A stretch of 64,000 nucleotides of DNA. Source: Trypanosoma brucei. Lineage: Eukaryota. A program made the position numbers and the translations under genes. Each line of letters opens with the position of its first letter. The first letter of the stretch is position 1. This document shows positions 32,440 to 41,800 of the stretch, piece after piece. Where the stretch lies: contig AE017150.2 in assembly GCA_000002445.1 (NCBI GenBank), forward strand, positions 672,001 through 736,000, in the 5' to 3' direction. The notes below the pieces were generated by a model. It was not told where the DNA came from and searched no databases. It saw only the letters and a program-made list of their open reading frames with translations.

Positions 32440-35124
32440 CTAACGCCCTTTTTGTGAAAGAAAGCTATCTGAAAGCAGAACAGCCGAGCCCTTACCACCC
32501 CTCTTCTTAACATAACCACTCATTTTCTTATGCCGTTCGCCATCGCTACCATTCCGCAGGAGACGCATGGGTAAGCCACTAGAGGAATAATCTTGTGGTG
32601 CGGTAACGCGCCGTGGGCATTGAGAAGGACTATGATGAACCTTCCGAAGTGAAAGCAGGCAAATGGGACAGTTCACGGCGGTGTGCAGCCCTTCGGGGAT
32701 TCTGGTGCACTTTGTGTACAAGTGTCCGTACTCACCACATTTAATGCAGAACAAACTCTCTGCGTTAGCACGAATCTGCTCGCGGTCAATACGGACAGTT
32801 TGGTCATCGCACGGCACCTCACCATCCACACTGTCGCCTCCAGGGAGCTTGGGACACTGAGAGATGTGATGTTTCCCACTGCAGTACGCACAACGTGCTC
32901 TACTTCGATGTAGTTTCGGTCGTTGCTCGTTACGACGCCACGCATGCGGGTTAAATTCCTGAGTAGGAGCAACATTTGGAATTGAAACGATTCCGGCGTC
33001 GCCGTGAGGCGAATCGTTACCTGCTGCAATGGCATCCACTACTTCGTCCAAGGTTGTGATCACAGCCGATTCATTGGATAGTGAAGCCGCTGTGAGAGAC
33101 ATTAAATTGTTGTTATTGACTTTCTCGCACGAACTGTCATCCGATTTAGCTGTTCCTGGAAACAATGGCGGCCCCTGCGGACACACACTCCATACGTGAC
33201 CACTAGCCCCGCAGTAAACGCACACTAATTCACTAACCTCTTCGCTACGAAACCCTGTTAGGCGGCCACTGCTCCACGCTGTCACTAACTCATGCTTCCC
33301 AGGAAGAATTGCTCCCATTCCTTTGTTTAGAACATTACCCTCCTTTTCTTTCCCATGCTGTGGGAGAAGCAGAGTCGAATACGTTTCACAGTCAGAAGAT
33401 GTCCCATAACTAGTGTATAAGAGACGGTCAGCAACGCTTCTACGGTGCGCCTCCGTCAACTCGTCCCCTTCCATGCGTTGCAGAAGATGTTGCACGCCGT
33501 CCACGGTTGGTTCGTGCGCTGAATCAGGAAAATGAACAGCCGCGCACTCCAACCCAGAGCCAAAAACCAGCTGAACGACACGGGTATAACTTCCGCCGTC
33601 AACACGGGCTAATGCTTCCAGTAGAAGCCGATGCCGATATCCATACAACCCCCTGGACTCGTGGTTTTGCAGCTGTGTGGCAACTTCAGTACCTGTCTGT
33701 GTCGGTTCGTCCATGGAGTGCTCCGGGAGTGAGTGCAACAGCAGAGGTCCAGCAACCAACTCCTCTGGAGGCCCCTTCCTCAGGGAATGTTGAACGGCCA
33801 ATGGCAGATTTGCGAGCTTAGAAGGAGGGACGCAGTGCAGCTCCTGTGTGACGTTTGTCATGGCTTCCGCAAGGGAGCGGTCGTTCACGTAATCGTTAAC
33901 AACATAGAGATTAGCCGCGGCGAAGACAGCTTTAATTTCCTCATCCGACATATCATTGGTAGACACTTCGTATAAGCCAAGTTCACACGTTTCGTTAAGC
34001 TTAACCAAACGAAAGTCTAGCCTGAAGGGTTTACCAATAAGCCGACTTACTGTGCGACCCTTATCTTCACCTAATTGCGATACGGGTCTACCCGGGCACG
34101 TAGCGCGGACGTCGAGCGACACACGCAGTCGACAATCGTCACTCAGCCAAGGATGCGCCTCCAAAACGTCACCTCCTTGTAGCGACATCCGCCGGCAAAC
34201 ATTACAATTACGTTCCTCCTGCAACTGCGATGTCATGATGGGGCCACTACTCAGTTGCGCCGTTGGTGGCACTAGAAAAAGTTTTTTGAGCCGCTCCTGT
34301 TGCTCAATGGCACAATGCATGTCCGACGGCATGTGCACAGCACTGAGGTATCCTGTCACAGTGCCATGACGGAGTAACGACGCGTCTTGGATGCTGTAAA
34401 ACCCGCCAGACAGTAGCGGTTGCGGTTGTGCACAAGGTGGAAGGAATCCCCCAAGCAATATACCACTTTCATTACCTCCAAATTCACCACTGTTCCGCTC
34501 CTCTGCGAATTGTCTAACGTATGGATTCTTGAACACACGACCGCTTGCCTCTTTTAACACCTCAACTTGTTGAATTGATTGCCGCACACGGACAGAGACA
34601 CATGGCGGAAGACGGCAGAGCACCCGATACACATATCGCACGAGGTTCAAACGATGACAATTCCGAAGAAACATAAATTCCTGGGGGCAGCACGCAACAA
34701 GCGTGGTTCCCTTTCGCTGAGCCGTGATCGAGTTGAGTTGATCGGCTGAAGCGTACCGTGTTAGTGCGGGATGAATGAGTGGCAGCGCAATCCGAGGCCT
34801 GCCACAGCCCGGGGACAGTAAGTCTGTCAAACGTGTGAGAAGCGAGTCGCTCACATCGGCTGGTGACACGGGGGGAAGGGACTGCGGTGATGCGGAGAAG
34901 AGACGCGAGGCACTGCCACCGTAATCCGAAACACTGCCATTAGAACCGTTATCAGGGATATTGCATCCTGACAACTGGGATTTGGCAAAGTAGGGTAAGC
35001 CGCAAGGCTTGTACGCAGCAACAAGTGGCGATGTACGGCTTTTCACAACGCCATGGGGACCAACGGGCAACGTGCTCTGGTTGAGTAACCGCAGCGGCCG
35101 TGGCACTCGTTGTGACATGGCCAA
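32440..35124 (-). CDS. CCHC zinc-knuckle protein (three Cys-Cys-His-Cys knuckles in the C-terminal third), putatively nucleic-acid binding.
   Basis: 894-aa ORF. Knuckles CVYCGASGHVWSVCPQ, CAYCSGKHHISQCPK and CIKCGEYGHLYTKCTR, plus a fourth Cys cluster CPICLLSLRKVHHSPSQCPR. The N-terminal two-thirds has no motif I recognise. Confidence 0.8.
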   Translation of the reverse strand: MAMSQRVPRPLRLLNQSTLPVGPHGVVKSRTSPLVAAYKPCGLPYFAKSQLSGCNIPDNGSNGSVSDYGGSASRLFSASPQSLPPVSPADVSDSLLTRLTDLLSPGCGRPRIALPLIHPALTRYASADQLNSITAQRKGTTLVACCPQEFMFLRNCHRLNLVRYVYRVLCRLPPCVSVRVRQSIQQVEVLKEASGRVFKNPYVRQFAEERNSGEFGGNESGILLGGFLPPCAQPQPLLSGGFYSIQDASLLRHGTVTGYLSAVHMPSDMHCAIEQQERLKKLFLVPPTAQLSSGPIMTSQLQEERNCNVCRRMSLQGGDVLEAHPWLSDDCRLRVSLDVRATCPGRPVSQLGEDKGRTVSRLIGKPFRLDFRLVKLNETCELGLYEVSTNDMSDEEIKAVFAAANLYVVNDYVNDRSLAEAMTNVTQELHCVPPSKLANLPLAVQHSLRKGPPEELVAGPLLLHSLPEHSMDEPTQTGTEVATQLQNHESRGLYGYRHRLLLEALARVDGGSYTRVVQLVFGSGLECAAVHFPDSAHEPTVDGVQHLLQRMEGDELTEAHRRSVADRLLYTSYGTSSDCETYSTLLLPQHGKEKEGNVLNKGMGAILPGKHELVTAWSSGRLTGFRSEEVSELVCVYCGASGHVWSVCPQGPPLFPGTAKSDDSSCEKVNNNNLMSLTAASLSNESAVITTLDEVVDAIAAGNDSPHGDAGIVSIPNVAPTQEFNPHAWRRNEQRPKLHRSRARCAYCSGKHHISQCPKLPGGDSVDGEVPCDDQTVRIDREQIRANAESLFCIKCGEYGHLYTKCTRIPEGLHTAVNCPICLLSLRKVHHSPSQCPRRVTAPQDYSSSGLPMRLLRNGSDGERHKKMSGYVKKRGGKGSAVLLSDSFLSQKGR

Positions 35125-35483
35125 AGATCACTAATTGTTTTTGGCAATTTAACTCCCTCCAGGGAACAAGGTTCAATTGACTCGCAGCACCTTATTCATG
35201 CAGACAAACTAATGTTGAGGACACAGTGACCGACCTTCGGTAGTGACAACGAAAGTAGAGTGTGGAATAGCCCGCGGCACAACAAAGGAACCCAACAAGG
35301 CAAAGCAGTTTTACAAGTAGCGAGAGAAAGAAAGAAACCAGCTCCTCCACATTACTCAACCATCTCTTCCCTGTTCCTTCTCCCCACCAAATCTCCCACT
35401 ATGTCCCATGTTAGAAGCAAAGCGCACACAACCTTCACTCATACCAACACTCATTTTTCACGTGACCACGCAAGCCGCCTCCG

Positions 35484-35499
35484 CCCCCCCCCCCCCCCC
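35484..35499. repeat. Poly(C)16 homopolymer (poly-G on the transcribed strand), in the spacer between the NAE1 and CCHC genes.
   Basis: The run ccgcccccccccccccccca is directly visible. Comparable runs are C11 at 5521-5531, G9 at 4625-4633 and G10 at 37614-37623. Confidence 0.9.
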
Positions 35500-35606
35500 A
35501 CACACACCCCGAACACCGGTCGTGCTTGCCCACGTCCATCCAAAAGTAGTAGGGCACCTAACTAAGCCTCTTCAACTTCCTTTCACCACCGCACCGTTTG
35601 CACCGA

Positions 35607-37433
35607 TTATTGAGCCTCTGCAACCCAGAAGCAACTGCGATAACCATCGAAAACGAGCGGCCGCTGTATGGGCACCCGTCGGTGTTGCAAAAGTTTTATA
35701 CACTCTTGTGCTGCCGCCGCACCCATAACACCTGCCGTTGGAAAGGGTTCGCCACAGCCGCATCGCGCAACCTCCATGCACGCTTTCCTCATGAGACACT
35801 CATCGACTACTTTATCACTTCTACCGCTTTCGTTTAGTATTCGCTCTCCAACGATACGTATCAACTCCTCTCCATCACTCATCCACAACAGGGTATCATC
35901 CTTGTCGCCGTAGTGCACGCGACCATTTAAGGAATCCAATAAGCCAGGCCATCTTCCAAACATTTCCTCAAAGCAGCGTGCCCCCAGTAAAGCGGCGTAC
36001 AACATTACAGTGAATTGCTCGCTAGCATCAACACAATCCGAGAGATAACGTTCAAAGGATTCCCGCTGCAGCAACTCGTGAGAGTCGATATCGAGAGAGG
36101 GCGAAAACGTGGTTAGCTGCAGCGTCCAGATATTCTGGACAAGCGACCTTGTCAACGCGCTAACCTCAGTTTCCAACCCTGTTTTCTCCCCCACCAACAG
36201 TGCTGTTGATGCTGCGGTATCTGAAGTAAATTTGCCACCCATCACATTAGAGGCATTAATTGCCTCCATTGCATAACCTTGCACAACACAACAGTCATCC
36301 TCCATCTTGTTGTTGTAAATGGAACGAAGCTCTCGGTACCATTGTGTTGTTGTGTTAATATCTGGAACAAACCCGCAAAATGGTGGTACTCCATTATTTT
36401 CGGCAATAAACCTGTTGATACCATACAACACAGCCCAGGTGATGGGAGGTACGCCGCTCACCGGGAATCCTCCGCTCCAGTCAATAAAATGACCGTTCGC
36501 ACGGGGATCCCTCAGTAATTGTTCAAGAGATTCAGAGAGGCACATTGGGCGGTTAAGTATCATACGGCAGTTCTCCATTGCTTCATGGACTCCATCAGGA
36601 GGACGGTCTGAGAGGTACGGAAGTGATGACACAGCAGTGCGGAGGGTATCATAATCCGCTTTACTGCACGGTATAAATTCCGCATTCTCCTTATCACAAC
36701 GTAGACACTGGAGCGCATGATAAATCATCGCAATCCACGGCAAGTGGCCGTAGCCAGCGGGATCGGTACGGTACAAAACCTCATCTCTCGGATCATGCGC
36801 GTCGAGCCAACTGCGCAACTCAGGAAATGGATTGAATAAGCGAAGGTCTGCCACGCGCATTTCCTGCTTTGGTTCAGCATGAACAACGAGACGCTCCCGG
36901 TCCTGTATTTGAATGATGCCAGATAAACCACACGTTTGAACGTACATAAGCGGTATACTCCTCAAAGAGGCACTTTTAAGATGATCTGCCAGGCGTCGGA
37001 GGTGGGTAGCCGGAAGACGAGGCGTAGCCACAATGAGCGTAGGGAAACGTCCTACAAAGTCTCTTCCTCCAGAAGTGGATGAAATAAACGAATCGCTCCA
37101 CTCGACACAGGATTGTACACAGGCAGTACCACTACTATGAGGGTTCAATTCACACAGTCGCTTCACCAACACTTCTGATAAAGGTTTTCTTGCTGCGTAA
37201 TCGCTCAGTTCCACAAAGTAATTATTACCCAATGTATCTGCATCTACAAACGAGCCGTCCACCAGCGTGAAAAAGCCAAGCCCGGGTAGTATCATGTTCT
37301 TAAGCATTTCCACGGCGGTTGCAGTTGCCCCAAGTACCACCACGTGTGACTCCGCTAACGCCATTTGTCCCGCATGTCCCCATAGTCGCAGCTGCCTGTC
37401 ATATTTTTCATTACTCATACAAATCGCAAACAA
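35607..37433 (-). CDS. NAE1: NEDD8-activating enzyme E1 regulatory subunit (NAE1/APPBP1/ULA1 orthologue).
   Basis: 608-aa ORF. The N-terminus [64 protein letters not shown] is nearly collinear with the human APPBP1 N-terminus ([52 protein letters not shown]...AGNNFF). It has a ThiF-fold, lacks a catalytic Cys context, and its length matches the ULA1 class rather than SAE1. Confidence 0.85.
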   Translation of the reverse strand: [608 protein letters not shown]

Positions 37434-38847
37434 AAAAGGACGATAACTGTGATGGTGCTGGCGCCGAGCGGTGACTGGGGAAGGTGATCTCCCTTTTTTG
37501 TATGGACCTGAGTATATATTTTTTCCAAAAATTTTTTGACGACTCGTTTCCGCTTTTCACACCTCTCCCCCTCCCTCCACCACCAGCAAAAACAAAAAAA
37601 AAACACCGCTACAGGGGGGGGGGATGTAAATTAGCAACAGGTGAAGCAAGAGTAATAGTTAAGATATGAGAAACAGAAGAGACCATTAATGGGTAACGGA
37701 AACGGACACGCGTAAGCTAGAAGTCGGGCATATATACAAATGGTGTGGTAAACCACGTGCAATATCTGTAGGCGTGAAATAAGCTCGAGTTGTGTAAAAA
37801 CTGATACAGAAGAATGTGCTGCACAACGAGTGGCATCTAGTTGCTTTCGTCTTTCCTTTCTCTTCCTTTAGACATAACCAGTTCTTGCAATCTGAACAAT
37901 TTTTTCTCCCTTCGTTTCATTTTCATTTGTGAGTGGCACACAACAAAAAAAGTGTTGAGCTTTAAAATGCGCACGCAACTGTACACCGGTTAACACTTTC
38001 CTCCTCCAAACTATAATTGCTATCGCTGATGTTACTGCGCTCCTTCTCTCCACATAATGCCTTTTCCCCATTTTCTTTCTCCTTTTCCCTCTTTTATCTT
38101 TCCTTCAGATGCACCCACACAACTTTGTATGAAAATTTGCATTTGTGTCATTGCGTAGACAATACGCACACGAAACAGTTACGCACTAGTGAACCCTCAA
38201 ATAGCAGTGATTTCCTCCTTACCTACAGTTACACAGTTGGAAAACGGGAGGTCTCCCTCGAGCCTTCCCTTCTTCCCCTCCCTTTTGCTTTCTTTTTCTT
38301 TTTCTTTTTCTCTTTTCCTCTTCTCTCACTCCTCATCACTAGACGAGTTTGGGAATGACAGCCACAATATACATGCAACAGAAAGGACGAAATGAAGAAT
38401 AGTAGACAAACAAAGCGCAGAAAAGAAAAAAAAATCAACACACTAAAAAAAAAAAAGAAACAACTCCCCCTTCCTTTTTCCTTTTTTTTAAAAAAAAGAG
38501 CAAGCACGACGTATGCCAGCCAAATTGCACAAAAAAGGGGGTAAGTTAGATAGAACGATAAACCACGCGTGGAAGGCAAAATTGTGATGGTATTTTGCTT
38601 CGAACATCTAATACATAAACATATAAATATAAGAGCAGGGAGGGTAGGGCAAACGTGTGTCAAAGTGGCAACCATCTGACGTGTGTGCACAGTTTGGTAT
38701 AGACAAATGAACGAAAGAAGTAAGAAGGATAAATGAAAGTAAGAAAAAGAAAAGGAAGCTCAAGTCATCACGTCTAACGAAAGGATCAGCGCCACATGGT
38801 ACGAAAAATAAAACAAACACGGAATGAAGTAACGATACACCCCCCTA

Positions 38848-41800
38848 TCAATTCTTCTTCGGTGATATCGATGGTGATTCAGGAGGTGACAAGCAGATAA
38901 TATTGTTATCATTCTGTGAGTAATATTGTTGACGATGAATCAGAGCGAGTCTTTTGGAGTTGGTGCTGCTTCCACGCTCGTGATCTATGTTCAGCGTCAG
39001 CGTAGGTGGGATTATACCCTCTGCATTTACATTTAACCTGGGACGCCGCTCAGAATTAACATCAAAACGCCGAATCGCCCTTTCGAACTTATGACGGAAG
39101 TTACTCGTGAACATCGTATCATCAGCGGCCTCCTCCTTGGCCACATTTTCTGATAAACCCCTCACACTGCACTCGGAGCAAATGACACTATTATTAGTTA
39201 CCTGGAAGTACGCGTCTGATATGCTATTCGCACCACACAGTTTGCAGCGAATACATTGTGGATGGAAATGCAATTTTCCGGCTTCGACACGTGTGACGGC
39301 GTCAACGGGACAGCCACAGTAAGCACACCCGACGTGAATCTCCTCAACAACGTGGATAGGACCCGTATAGTTGAGGGAAACACCGTTGCGAGCGCGAAAG
39401 ACAGAGTATTCTTCGGCGGGAGTTAAATTAAGGGGGTTGCGAACCCTCTGTATAACGTGAGGACCGTAATAATTTTCGTAAAGGAGACCTTTCCTTTTTC
39501 TCCTGACATGCTTGCCCACCGTTCCAGCTGCGGGTTGGTGCTGAGCAGATGCTAACACCTCCTGTTTCGCAGGCTTATCCCCTTTGCTCTTTTCCAATGT
39601 CCGTTGTGGCTCCTTCCCCACATTCGGTGTGAGATCCTTCTTTTCGGAGGGATTGACAGCGGCGCTCTCCACCCTTTTCGGTCCGTCGGCGCTGGCATCC
39701 TTCGGCAATGCAAGTTCCTTTGCCATACCACCCGGACCCGCCGTCTGGGCCCTTACTCCTGCATCTGAGTGTAAAGGAGTTGGTGTAGTGGCGCTCGTTT
39801 CCGTCTCTTTCCGCTCTGGAAATCCACTACCTTCCGTATTTTTCACATCATCCTCTCTGCTACTAACTACCGCGATATCCTGTTCACCCCGGGCGCCTCC
39901 AGAAACTCCAGCGGAACCAACAGTATTGACCACTTCATCATATTCAACAACCGGGGGATTTTCTCCACTCGGAGCCTCAAGGGTCTTAATATCATCAACA
40001 GCCCCAGCGGAGGCAATTGCGTCAGTTTCTACTCCAGTAACCTCAGCAAGAGGAGCCTCAGTGTTGTTGGCGGCCCGCTCGCTCTCTAGGTCCTTGAGCA
40101 CCTCTACAGCTTCGTGGGTAGCTTTGTTTTTGTCTACGGCCTTTGCGTCATTATCGACCTCGATACCACCGGAGGTTATTGCACCATCAACTACACTGTC
40201 ATCCCTAGTCGTGTCTGCTTGGTAAACAATCTCAGACTCCTCTACCACAACGGCAGATTCAGTGCCATCAACGCTAATTGTAACCTCGGCTCCCTCGATA
40301 ACTTCTGTGGCTTCCACAGTCTCAGTGGCATTGAGAGCCTCAACAGCTTCTGCAACTTCTGTGGCTTCCACAGTCTCAGTGGCATTGAGAGCCTCAGCAG
40401 CTTCTGCAACTTCTGTGGCTTCCACAGTCTCAGTGGCATTGAGAGCCTCAACAGCTTCTGCAACTTCCATAGCTTCGACAGTCTCAGTGGCATTGAGAGC
40501 CTCAGCAGCTTCTGCAACTTCTGTGGCTTCCACAGTCTCAGTGGCATTGAGAGCCTCAGCAGTTTCTGCAACTTCTGTGGCTTCCACAGTCTCAGTGGCA
40601 TTGAGAGCCCCAGCAGTTTCTGCAACTTCTGTGGCTTCCACAGTCTCAGTGGCATTGAGAGCCTCAGCAGTTTCTGCAACTTCTGTGGCTTCCACAGTCT
40701 CAGTGGCATTGAGAGCCCCAGCAGTTTCTGCAACTTCTGTGGCTTCCACAGTCTCAGTGGCATTGAGAGCCTCAGCAGTTTCTGCAACTTCTGTGGCTTC
40801 CACAGTCTCAGTGGCATTGAGAGCCTCAGCAGCTTCTGCAACTTCTGTGGCTTCCACAGTCTCAGTGGCATTGAGAGCCTCAGCAGCTTCTGCAACTTCT
40901 GTGGCTTCCACAGTCTCAGTGGCATTGAGAGCCTCAGCAGCTTCTGCAACTTCCGTGGCTTCCACAGTCTCAGTGGCATTGAGAGCCTCAGCAGTTTCTG
41001 CAACTTCTGTGGCTTCCACAGTCTCAGTGGCATTGAGAGCCTCAACAGCTTCTGCAACTTCCGTGGCTTCCACAGTCTCAGTGGCATTGAGAGCCTCAAC
41101 AGCTTCTGCAACTTCCGTGGCTTCCACAGTCTCAGTGGCATTGAGAGCCTCAACAGCTTCTGCAACTTCCGTGGCTTCCACAGTCTCAGTGGCATTGAGA
41201 GCCTCAACAGCTTCTGCAACTTCTGTGGCTTCCACAGTCTCAGTGGCATTGAGAGCCTCAGCAGCCTCTGCAGCTTCCGTGGCTTCCACAGTCTCAGTGG
41301 CATTGAGAGCCTCAGCAGTTTCTGCAACTTCTGTGGCTTCCACAGTCTCAGTGGCATTGAGAGCCTCAACAGCTTCTGCAACTTCTGTGGCTTCCACAGT
41401 CTCAGTGGCATTGAGAGCCTCAGCAGCTTCTGCAACTTCCGTGGCTTCCACAGTCTCAGTGGCATTGAGAGCCTCAGCAGTTTCTGCAACTTCTGTGGCT
41501 TCCACAGTCTCAGTGGCATTGAGAGCCTCAGCAGTTTCTGCAACTTCTGTGGCTTCCACAGTCTCAGTGGCATTGAGAGCCTCAGCAGCTTCTGCAACTT
41601 CTGTGGCTTCCACAGTCTCAGTGGCATTGAGAGCCTCAGCAGCTTCTGCAACTTCTGTGGCTTCCACAGTCTCAGTGGCATTGAGAGCCTCAGCAGTTTC
41701 TGCAACTTCTGTGGCTTCCACAGTCTCAGTGGCATTGAGAGCCTCAGCAGCTTCTGCAACTTCTGTGGCTTCCACAGTCTCAGTGGCATTGAGAGCCTCA

